Positions 1 through 9,992 of a stretch of 50,906 nt of DNA are shown one piece after another. This stretch comes from Octopus bimaculoides (lineage: Eukaryota). The notes under the pieces were generated by a model that was not told where the DNA came from, did not search any database, and saw only the letters and a list, made by a program, of their open reading frames with translations. Location of the stretch: positions 35,918,450-35,969,355 of the forward strand of contig NC_069000.1 of NCBI RefSeq assembly GCF_001194135.2. The letters are read 5' to 3'. Made by a program: the position numbers and the translations under genes. How positions within the stretch are numbered: the stretch's first letter is position 1; every line of letters starts with the position of its first letter.

Positions 1-236
1 TATTATTATTATTATTTATTTCTTTATTACCCACAGGGGGCTAAATGTAGAGGGGACAAACAAGGACAGACAAAGGGATTAAGTTGATTACCTCGACCCC
101 AGTGCGTAACTGGTACGTATTTAATCAACCCCCGAAAGGATGAACGGCAAAGTTTGAACTCAGAATGTAACGGCAGATAAAATATCACTAAGCATTTTGC
201 CTGGGGTGCTAACATTTCTGCCAGCTCGCTGCCCTT
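1..236 (-). mobile_element. SINE family B (tRNA-like head, (TTA)n tail)
   Basis: Reverse strand reads AAGGGCAGCGAGCTGGCAGAAA...TGAGTTCAAAC (A/B-box-like), then a central block related to GCCTTTCATCCTTTCGGGGTCGAT; same family at 241, 19705, 29792. Confidence 0.85.
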
Positions 237-240
237 AAAT

Positions 241-470
241 AAGGGCAGCGAGCTGGCAGAAACGTCAGAATACTGAGCAAAATGCTTAGTGGTATTTTGT
301 CTGTCTTTATGTTCTGAGTTCAAATTCCGCCAACGTCGACTTTGCCTTTCATTCTTTCAGGATCAATAAAATAAGTATGAGTTAAGCACTGGGATCGATA
401 TAATCAACTTACCCCTACCCCAAACATGCTGGCCTTGTGCCAAAATTTGAAATCATTATTATTTTCATTA
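241..470 (+). mobile_element. SINE family B
   Basis: Same head as 1-236 in opposite orientation; GAGTTCAAATTCC B-box; GTCGACTTTGCCTTTCATTCTTTCAGGATCAATAAAATAAGTA central block; ATT/GTT-repeat tail. Confidence 0.85.
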
Positions 471-675
471 TTGTTGTTATTGTTGTTGTACATCTACATA
501 GATCTAAACAGTAATGAAACGTAATTTATACAACTATTTTCTTGACAAAATGGAAATTATAACCAAAGAATTCATGATTTTCTTGCTTTTTTTTCTTTTT
601 TATTTACATATTATATCTTTTTTTCTGTTTCTCATTCTCTTTCTTTCTCTTTTGCTGTATATATTCTTTTCTTCA

Positions 676-1092
676 TTTTACATTCCACCTGTTTCATTCA
701 TGCAACTGTGGCCATTCTGAATCATTGCCTTGAAGGGTTTTTTGTCAAACAAATCAACGCCAATATTTCTTTTAAGTCTGGTCCTTATTCTATTCATGTC
801 TCTTGCCAAACTGCCATGTTATGGGGAAGTAAATAAACTAACACCAGTTGTCAAGTGATAACAGGAGTCAAGCATAAAAACAGACATGCACATACATACA
901 TACATGCATGCACATAAATATATAAAACAATGGGCTTCCACACATTTTCCATCTACCAAATTCACTCACAAAGCATTGGTTGGCCTAGAGATATAGTAGG
1001 AGACACTTAGCCAAGCTACTGTGCAGTGGAACTGAACTCAAAATCACATGATTGTAAATTGAGTTGCCTAACCACATAGCCATACCAATGCC
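676..1092 (-). mobile_element. SINE family A, full length, diverged
   Basis: Reverse-complement similarity to the young copies at 14124-14538 and 8835-9231 across head, internal microsatellite and tail. Confidence 0.8.
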
Positions 1093-1202
1093 TAATATCT
1101 ATGTCTGTCTGTCTGTCTGTCATAAATAAACACACTCTTGTTACTAAAACAATTTTGAGACTATTTGATGGAAAGGATGGGATGGAGTGAAGAATTCATT
1201 AG

Positions 1203-1400
1203 AGCAGTGGAGGTAAAGAAACAGCTAAATACTGCAAGATCTTTTAGTATTTAGCTATGTTTCTTTACGTTTTGCATTCAAATAGCACCAAAATCAGTTT
1301 TTTACCTTTTGTCCTTCCCTGGTTGATAAAATAACTCAGTGACATCAACTATACATCTCCCCAAAATTTGGGGTCTTCTTGTGCCTTTGTTAGAAATCAA
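1203..1400 (+). mobile_element. SINE family B, highly diverged
   Basis: Degenerate B-box and central block (TTTTACCTTTGTCCTTCCCTGGTTGATAAAATAA) and tail (CCCCAAAATTTGGGGTCTTCTTGTGCC). Confidence 0.55.
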
Positions 1401-1418
1401 ATAAATATATAATATTAT

Positions 1419-1577
1419 GCAAGCATGGCTATGTGGTAAGAAGTTTGCTTCCCAAGCACATGGTTTCAGGTTCAGTCCCACTGTGTGGTACTTTGGCCAA
1501 GAGTTTTCTAGTCTAGCTCTGGGCTGATCAAAGCCTTGTGTGTGGATTTGATGGATGGAAAATTGAAACAAGATTGT

Positions 1578-1609
<32 letters not shown>

Positions 1610-2307
1610 AGGGGAAGTCAAAAATCATTAACAACTTTCACCAAAACTTTCTTTGGGTTGGTTGCTCTGACTTCAGTGTTTGCATGCTAAAAGGTGGCAC
1701 TTTTGTGGTAACACAATTGAGGTTTGATTGTCGTTGCTCCAGTTTTCTTTCTTGTATTACAGAGTAAACATGGCCGCTCCACTGGCTGTGTGCACCCAGG
1801 AAGAACAGAAATCAGTGATCTGATTTCTCTGGTCTGAAAGTATGCCAGGAGCTGGAATTCATTGCAGGTGTTCAGTACAATACGAGGACAGTGCTCTACT
1901 TTGTAGAAGTGAGCTGAGAAGTTTAAAAATGGCCAGATAAGCCTGAAGCATGTAGAAGGCGCAGGACAGCCTTCAACCCCCACCACTGATGTGAAAATTC
2001 AACAAGCTTGAGAGATGGTTCTGGTGAACTTGCAAGCGACCATCGAGGGCATGTTCAAATATTCTTTACAAAGTCATCAATTTGCTGCAGATGAAGAAGT
2101 ACAGGATGTGGTGCATAAACGGCTGTGCAATGGGATGGAAACCTTCTCTGATGGAATAAACAAGGTTGTGGACCACTGGAATAAGTGCATTGAAAAGCAA
2201 GGGGACACCGACAAAAAAGTGATGTAATTGTTCAACCTTGCTTTTGTTTTGATAAATTACAGAAACAAGAGTGCCTACAATGTTTGACTTACCCTCGTGT
2301 GTGTGTA

Positions 2308-2349
<42 letters not shown>

Positions 2350-2625
2350 TGTGATGGTGTGTGTGTGTTACTGTCTCTTTGTCTTGACTTCATGTGATAG
2401 TTGTAACTGAGTGTTGTTGCCATGTAAGTGGTGTCTTTTATTTCTAATTTTCTGTGAAAACATTTTCTGATCATGGGGACAGTATTAACCTCACTTAAAA
2501 ACAGTTGAGGATTGGTGAAAGGAAGGACATTCAGCCATAGAAAATCCTCCTTGATTAATAAAATGCCATCAAAACCATGCAAGCATAGAAAAGTGGGTGT
2601 TAAAATAAAGATGATGATTTGTATA
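1419..2625 (+). mobile_element. SINE A head + RTE-type tail, split by a mariner insertion
   Basis: A head 1419-1576, (GT)n, mariner 1608-2297, (GT)/(GA)n, then an RTE-like tail ending CATGCAAGCATAGAAAAGTGGGTGTTAAAATAAAGATGATG; same architecture uninterrupted at 42430-42830. Confidence 0.75.
1608..2297 (+). mobile_element. Mariner transposon, internally deleted, non-functional
   Basis: Imperfect TIRs CTAGGGGAAGTCAAAAA / TGTTTGACTTACCCTCG with TA on the left. Decayed N-terminal peptide EQKSVI*FLWSES..GAGIHCR near 1803 and mariner C-terminal peptide QFAADEEVQDVVHKRL..FSDGINKVVDHWNKCIEKQGD (ORF 2015-2227). The catalytic core is absent. Confidence 0.85.
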
Positions 2626-3283
2626 TCATGGTGGTGGAGAAATTTGTAGGGCATTAGACAAACTACCTGATCATTCATATCCTCCTCAGATTGGATTTAT
2701 CTTTCATTGTTTCTGTGCTCAATGGAGGTACTATAGTATGGGGTAGTCTATTTATTATATTATGTTAATTACTAGTGGTTGATTATTGTAAAAGTAACTT
2801 CATTAGTCGACACCTTCTGAAGTGTGAAATATGTTTATGATTGGATATTAACTCCTTGAAATTATGGATTGAAATTTTCACACTTGAGAAGTTACCATAA
2901 TCAACTATGTCTTCAATAAGAATCAACCATCCTATGTTAAAGGAGAATTCTGTGAAGGTCTTTGATAAATTCATTACCCAATTAAGAAGATATTCTTAAA
3001 GTTACGAAGTCAAATGAAACGATTAAATGTATTTGTTTCCGTTAAATCTGGGAGATACTGCAACCAGTTGTTACTACTATGACATAGAGTGGCCTGAAAT
3101 TATGGAAGAGGAAGGAAGCTGAAGGAATATTACAATGTATTATTCAAGAGCTCGAAATTTCAGTGTATCTAAATTTACTGGCATAAAAAATGTACTCAGT
3201 GAATGAATAAGATTATTTTCATGGTGATGACATAATAGGATGGCCTGTTAATAATATCTACAATTTTATTAAACAAATATTTA

Positions 3284-3285
3284 TG

Positions 3286-3316
<31 letters not shown>

Positions 3317-3517
3317 ATATGTTTGTCCCCCCAACATCATTTGACAACTGATGCTGGTGTGTTTACGTCCTTGTAACTTAGCGGTTCAGCAAAAGAGGCC
3401 GATAGAATGAGTACTAGGCTTACAAAGAATAAGTCCTGGGGTCAATTTGCTCAACTAAAGGTGGTGCTCCAGCATGGCCACAGTCAAATGACTGAAACAA
3501 GTAAAAGAGTAAAAAAA
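3284..3517 (+). mobile_element. SINE family A, 3' half
   Basis: (TA)n followed by tail A ending CAGTCAAATGACTGAAACAAGTAAAAGAG. Confidence 0.85.
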
Positions 3518-3518
3518 T

Positions 3519-3830
3519 AGGTGCAAGCATGGTTGTGTGGTTAAGAATGTTGCTTTGCAACCACATGGTTTCAGGTTCAGTCCTACTGCATAGTACCTTG
3601 GGTAAGTGTCTTCTACTGAAGCGTGAGACCAACAAATGTCTTGTGAGTGAATTTGATAAACAGAAACTGTGTAGAAGCCCATCATCTATATATCTATCTG
3701 TGTCTCTCTGTATGTATGTATGTGTCCCCACCACTTCTTGGCAACAGGTATTGGTTTGTTTATGTCCCTGTAACTTAGAAGTTCAGCAAAAGAACCAATA
3801 GAATAAATACCATACTTTAAAAAAGAATTG
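3519..3830 (+). mobile_element. SINE family A, tail-truncated
   Basis: Head with GGTTCAGTCC B-box and CCTTGGGTAAGTGTCTT core, microsatellite, partial tail A. Confidence 0.8.
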
Positions 3831-3834
3831 ACTA

Positions 3835-4225
3835 AGGTGCAGGTATGGCTGTGTGGCAAGAAGCTTGCTTCCCAACCACATGGTTCCAGGATCAGTTCTA
3901 CTGCATAGCACCTCAGACAAATGTCTTCTACTATAGCCTCAGGTCAACTAGAGCCTTTTGAGGGGATGTAGTAGACGGAAACTGAAAGAAGCCCATCATA
4001 TATATATGTGTGTGTGTCTCTGATTGTCTCCCCTCCACCACTTGACAACTGGTGTTGATGTGTTCACGTCTCTGTAACTTAGCAGTTCAGCAAAAGACAC
4101 TGATAGAATAAGTACCAGGTTTAAAATAAAAGCACTAAGGTCAATTCATTCAACTAAAAATTCTTCAAGGCAGTGCTCCAGCATGGCTGCAGTCTAATGA
4201 TTGAAACAAGTAAAAGATAAAAAAT
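3835..4225 (+). mobile_element. SINE family A, full length
   Basis: Head, core, (TA)(TG) tract, tail A ending AAGTAAAAGATAAAA. Confidence 0.85.
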
Positions 4226-4545
4226 AAGTCCTTCAAGTTGGTGCCTCCACATGGCCATAGTCCAATAACAAGTAAAAAATAAATGATAAAAAGATCTCAA
4301 AATATTGTAAATTTCCTGTTTTATTTGAGAAAGGCAGTGGAATTGGTAGTATTATTATTAGAGCATCAGGAAAAGTCGTACCTTGTGGTTCTGGCTCTGC
4401 ATGCACTGAGGTCAAAGTACAACTTTGACTCTCATCTCTCCAGGTTCAATAAAATAATGTCCCAGCCTAGTACTAAGGAGAGTGAGTGATTTAATTAACT
4501 TACTATTATCTAGAAAAATTTTAGCCTTCTGCCTACATTAGAAAT

Positions 4546-4754
4546 TGTTAAGCATTCAGGTAATGTTAAATGTAATGCATATTCATTCATATTAGCCATG
4601 CATTATCTCATAACTGTGAGATTTTGATGGTGTGATAGCTTTATTCTTAGAACAACATTGTAGGGTATGTTGGAAAGGTTGGATCTGGTTAGTTTGAACA
4701 TAAAACAAGTAGGATATTTTGGTTGGATTTGGCTGGTTTAAATGCTAAAGGGTT
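4546..4754 (-). mobile_element. piggyBac-like MITE (TTAA family), diverged
   Basis: Reverse complement of the 5401-5615 element; ends AATGCTAAAGGGTTA; the other end is eroded. Confidence 0.7.
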
Positions 4755-4988
4755 AGTGATATTTGCCATTGAACAACAGTCAGTCTACCATTGCTTTGAC
4801 TTACCTTATAAAGCTAGGAAACCTTTTATGTTGTTGAATACTGTTTCTGCAGCCCAGGCAGAAACACCCACTATTAATTGGTTTTCTAGAATCTACTTAG
4901 AGTCGAAGGCAAACGTAAACGCTGAAATAAACAATTGCTATTTGCTAACTGAAATTTTATTTCTGTTATCTGTGAGAGATTTAATTCT

Positions 4989-5345
4989 GTTATCTTGGGT
5001 ATTTCCACATTACTACCACTCCAGTCACTTCAGCTCGAATTTAAAAGTAAACTTCTGCCCTTAGCTGTGTCCACTTCATGTGTTGATTCTAAATTTAATA
5101 ACATATTTGACAAATTTTCAAAACTTTGAATAATCACTGACTCAACCTTAGAAATTTCTACAGAAGCAGTACTCCACATGGAATCATTCTTTTGAAGACT
5201 CCAAATTCATTAAAGTTGAAATCAATAAATTGCTGACTGAGAGAATAATTATATCTTCAAAATCACGATGTTTTCAAGTTATTGTAGTTCACAAAAGTGC
5301 TGTCAAAAGGTATTCAAGGGTTGACTTTGCTATGCATCTGCAATT
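4989..5345 (+). mobile_element. Degenerate Gypsy-like pol fragment (protease end / RT start)
   Basis: VILGISTLLPLQSLQLEFKSKLLPLAV at 4989 and EDSKFIKVEINKLLTERIIISSKSRCFQVIVVHK..RVDF at 5194 resemble the Gypsy pattern VILG..F / FI..EV..LL..GII.PS.SPW..QVVVV..K..R..ID (from memory of the family). Confidence 0.5.
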
Positions 5346-5400
5346 AATAGATACACAGAGCCAGACTGATTGCTTATCCAAATCATTAGCAGTATTTTAA

Positions 5401-5615
5401 GCCTTTAGCATTCAAATTAGCCATATCTGGCCAAAATATTTAACCTGTTTTATGTTAAAATTGACCAGATCTGGCCTCTCACCTCAATCCTACAATGTCA
5501 TTCTAAAACTAAACAATCACATCAGTGAAATCTCTAAACTACAAGATAATGCAGATTAATTCAAAACAATATAAATAAACATTACATTTGACAGAATAAT
5601 TTGTATACTAAAGGG
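5401..5615 (+). mobile_element. piggyBac-like MITE (TTAA TSD)
   Basis: TTAA 5397-5400 and TTAA 5616-5619 flank (G)CCTTTAGCAT...ATACTAAAGGG; further copies at 4546 and 11808. Confidence 0.8.
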
Positions 5616-6073
5616 TTAAACTAAATTCATGGAAATCATCATTACAGTACTGCCAACCTTCATCCTCAATGTTATCACGTGCCCTTGCCTTTTGGGAGCA
5701 ATATTTTACAAGATTTGAAACAAATGGTTATATGAATTTATGTGATCGTTGCCTTTTGAAATTACAAATGGAGCTTACCCATTTTTATTGGAGCATAAAG
5801 AGAAATTGTAACGGACATACTTAAAAAAAGGGGAGCTCGTTGCTTTTTTATGGAAAAAAATAAAGGTTCCATGATGGAAATTTGTAAACTTATCTGAAAC
5901 TTGCCTAAGACCTAGATCCCTCACTCAAGCCCAAAAGTGTGGCTGAGATATAGGTCACATTTTTAGAGAAGGCAAGATGTTGCAGGACCCTCATTCAATT
6001 AATAAATTACTGGTACTTTTTTGTTGTTGTTGTTGATGCTGCTGTTGCAGTGCTTACATCTGTCTATACATAC

Positions 6074-6290
6074 ATAAATACATCATCATCATCATTTAGC
6101 ATCTGTTTTCCGTGCTGGCATGGATTAGGTGGTTTGACTGGAACTGGTAAGCTGGTGAACTGCATCAGGTACTATAGTCTGTTTTGGCTTGATTTTTACA
6201 GCTGGATGCCCTTCCTAATGCCAACCACTCCATAGAGTGTACTGGGTGTCTTTTACGTGTCACTGGCATGGGTGCCTTTTATTCTGTAGT
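6074..6290 (-). mobile_element. RTE 3'-UTR/tail remnant ((GAT)n tail)
   Basis: Reverse complement of the tail of the RTE at 32650-32912 (GTGGTTGGCATTAGGAAGGGCATCCAGC...CAGCACGGAAAACAGATGCTAAATGATGATG). Confidence 0.8.
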
Positions 6291-6332
6291 ATAATACAAT
6301 ATTGAAATAAAACACTGTTAACACACCAGCAG

Positions 6333-6625
6333 TTTATTAATCAGACTCACTGCCAACATTATAAATCTTTGACTAGGCTTGGAGTTACTGATACTGCAAA
6401 GAGGAGGACCATAAATTCCATTACAGAAGCTGCAGAGAAAGCCACCACATGGGTTTGGATAGAGTGGGCAGACTGGAGGCTTTGCTGCTGGGATGGAAGC
6501 CGGGACTTGCTCAACCTCAGCTGGGTCAACTGGGTGAGGAGGTCTGATGTTAAAAGACCCAAAGTCCCATGAAATCCCAGAAACATCACTGATAATACAT
6601 CCCACAGCATATGTGAGATGTATCT
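6333..6625 (+). mobile_element. HERO-like (RLE-clade) non-LTR retrotransposon 3' end
   Basis: FINQTHCQHYKSLTRLGVTDTAKRRTINSITEAAEKATTWVWIEWADW resembles the HERO C-terminus (LG..G..KRRAI....EAAEKASRWLW, from memory), followed by a GC-richer 3' UTR. Confidence 0.6.
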
Positions 6626-6674
6626 TGGAAAAAAAACAAAAACAAAACAAACAATTATATATATATATATATAA

Positions 6675-7320
6675 ATCATCATCATCATCATCATCATTGT
6701 CATTGTTTAACGTCTGCTTTCCATGCTGGCATGGGTTGGATGATTTGACTGAGGGCTGGTGAACCAGAAGGCTGCACCAGGCTCCATTCTGATCTGACAA
6801 AGTTTCTACAGCTAGATGCCCTTTCTAATGCCAACCACCCCGAGAATGTAGTGGGTGCTTTAACATACCACTGGCATGAGGGCCAGTCAGGCAGTACTGG
6901 CATCGACCATGCTCAAATGGTGCTTTTTATGTGCCACCTGCACAAGAGCCAGTCAGGCAATGCTGGCTATGATCACACTCGAATGGTGCCTTTTACATTC
7001 CACTGGCACAGGAGCCAGTCAGGCGACACTGGCAACGACCACGCTCGAATGGTGCTTTTAACATTCCACTGGCATGGGTACTAGATAGGCGGTACTGTCA
7101 TTGGCCATGACAACAATTTCACTTGCCTCAACAGGTCTTCGCAAGTGGAGATTATTGCCCAATGTTTGAAGGGTACTCTTAAATGGGCTGGTTATGCAGC
7201 ACTGGCATAGGCCACGGTTACGATCTCACTTGGCTTTCCGGGTCTTCTCAAGCACAGCGTATCTCCAAAGCTCTCGGTCACTTGTCATTGCCTTGGAAAG
7301 GCCCATTGTTTGAAAGTCAA
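6675..7320 (-). mobile_element. RTE 3' end with repeat-expanded 3' UTR
   Basis: Homologous to 32620-32912 at both ends (GCAATGACAAGTGACCGAGAGCTTTGG; (GAT)n tail); contains a 66-bp tandem array. Confidence 0.8.
6868..7100. repeat. 66-bp minisatellite (3 full units + partial)
   Basis: Unit starts CCAC at 6868, 6934, 7000, 7066. Confidence 0.9.
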
Positions 7321-7716
7321 GCTGTATAACCTTGGACGGTAAAAGAGGGGTATCCAGTCACTGAAATTGAAACTAGTTTGGTCTGGTTGATATTTCTTTT
7401 CTGTCCATGAAGATAACGCATATACAAACAAAATATTTACATCTGTCTATACACACAATGCTGGCTGATAATCTATAGATATATTTCATAGTACAGTATA
7501 GTATTGTTCTGTGTTTACATAACTCTAGCCTTGATACATTTAACCTGCATAGCTCTTTTAGTGACTAATTGGAAACTACTGGCAAAAAATTTAAAGTTTT
7601 TGAATCTTATTTATAATGAAATATAGTTTTGTAATTTCTGTATGTTGCTGTTTTAGTCCCAGGTCAGCTCTGTCTCTTTCTGTATGTAAGTACACATGTT
7701 TGTATATGTGTATATA

Positions 7717-8078
7717 TTCTTTTACTCTTTTACTTGTTTCAGTCATTTGACTGTGGCCATGCTGGAGCACCTCCTTTAGTCGAGTAAATCGACCCCAGGA
7801 CTTATTCTTTGTAAACCTAGTACTTATTCTATCGGTCTCCTTGTGCCGAACAGCTAAGTTACGGGGACATAAACACACCAGCATCGGTTGTCAAGCGATG
7901 TTAGGGGGACAAACACAGACACACAAACTTGTACACACACATACATATATATACATATATACGACGAGCTTCTTTCAGTTTCCGTCTACCAAATCCGCTC
8001 ACAAGGCTTTGGTTGGCCCTAGGCTATAAGTAAAAGACACTTGCCCAAGGTGCCATGCAGTGGGACTGAACCCGGAAC
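7717..8078 (-). mobile_element. SINE family A, 5'-truncated, young
   Basis: Close reverse-complement match to 14124-14538. Confidence 0.9.
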
Positions 8079-8834
8079 ATATATTTGCATATAGGGTAGC
8101 AATTCTATGTTCAAAGACATTCATTCAAACCCTAGCTCAATTATTTTCTAGACAAATGTGTAGTGTATTCGTGTGTGTGTGTCTACACACATGCATGGGA
8201 TGTCCTTTCTTTTTTCAGACATGTTTATGATTTGAGAGTGATTTTGTAGCTATTTCTTACAGGTCTGGCAACCATATGGAGATTTCTTACTATCTAGTCT
8301 TTTGTTATTGTATTGGTATTAACATAATAATGGCCCATTAAAAAGTAATGATGACTTAACATTAAAAAAATTTAACTGTATTAAGGATTACATGTTCTTA
8401 CTTGTTGACAAGTGTCATTCACAATCATTAGTCTGTAACTAATTGCCATATGTAGATGAATATTTTTATTTAAAATTAGCAATGTGTTTTTTAGATTATT
8501 GTTCTATAGCTACATAAATCTCTAGCTACAGTCTTAAAATATGAAATCTATATAACTATTTTATTGATTAAAAAGAAACTACTACCTCAGAATTGAAGAT
8601 ATTTAGTTTGCACAATATAATATCTCTTTTTCTCATTCTATCTTTCTCTCTCTTTCTCTTGCTATCTACATATCTACCTGTCATAATAATAAACCATCAT
8701 ATGCATGGTGAGGAATGATGACTTAACTTAGAAATGTTCTCCCTGTTCACCATGCATGTGACGTTTCATTATTGGTTGGCAGATATCACAAAGATCAGCA
8801 AATAGTTTGTTTGCTGAAGTTATAAACAAGAGCT

Positions 8835-9231
8835 CTCTTTACTCTTTACTCTTTTACTTGTTTCAGTCATTTGACTGCGGCCATGCTGGAGCACCGCCTT
8901 TAGTCGAGCAAATCGACCCCCAGGACTTATTCTTTGTAAGCCTAGTACTTATTCTATCGGTCTCTTTTTGCTGAACTGCTAAGTTACGGGGACGTAAACA
9001 CACCACCATCGGTTGTCAAATGATGGTGGGGGGACAAACACAAACACACAAACGCATATACATATATACGATGGGCTTCTTTCAGTTTCCGTCTACCAAA
9101 TCCACTCACAAGGCTTTAGTCGGCCCGAGGCTATAGTAGAAGACACTTACCCAAGGTGCCACGCAGTGGGACTGAACCCAGAACCATGTGGCTGGTAAGC
9201 AAGCTACTTACCACACAGCCACTCCTGCTCC
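8835..9231 (-). mobile_element. SINE family A, full length, young
   Basis: Near-consensus head (GCAGGAGTGGCTGTGTGGTAAGTAGCTTGC), many intact CpGs, (TAAAAGAG)-like terminal repeats. Confidence 0.9.
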
Positions 9232-9992
9232 AATTTTTTTTTTTCATTCATTAGTCTGAAGTGCTTCTAACTGATGAGACATGATGATGTCAAAACATCA
9301 GCTCTGCCCAAGTCCCTTATGCTAATGAATTGAATTGTGCATTAAGAACACACACTAACGCCAAAGAAGTTGTTCTCCTGTGGTGAAACACAACAATTAA
9401 TATTTTCTCTTTAGATTTGAATGTCATCATCATCATCATCATCATCATTATTTAACAGATGTCAAATGATGATGATGATGACATTCAAATCTGTATGAAA
9501 AAAGTTCTGCCATAAGTAACTAAATAGTAACCAAAACTATTGTTTAATTATTTAGCAGAAAGGGATGGGGAGTGGGGGATGGAATAGAATTGGTAGAGCA
9601 ATGGATTAAATATCTTGTGATATTTCACTGTGTGTGTAAGGTCTTTCTCTTTCTCTCCTTCTCTCACTCTCTTTCGATCTGTATGTGTATATTTTCTATG
9701 TGCTCACATGTGTGTGTGTGTGTTTTGTCTTCAGCACCAAAAAGCACTGTTGGCCAAACAGGCTGAATGTCCAGTCAGCTGGGCCAAATCATCAACATCC
9801 GAACCGTTCTGCCTAATTGTCTCATTCCTTCACTAGATTCAGCTGATCAGTTTTCTGAAATTAAATTCAATTAAATGATTATAAAGCGAAGTTTGAATAA
9901 ATTATGTAATCAACTGTAACGTTTGAATGTATGACACTGTATTCTACAGGGTGTTCACAAAGTCTGGGTACCTGGAGTAGATAAAATCATAA

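Noticed and set aside
8714-8750. Possible C/D snoRNA (ATGATGA box in a stem)
   Set aside because: The D-box position reads CTGT and the interior is only about 21 nt; kept only as a hairpin.
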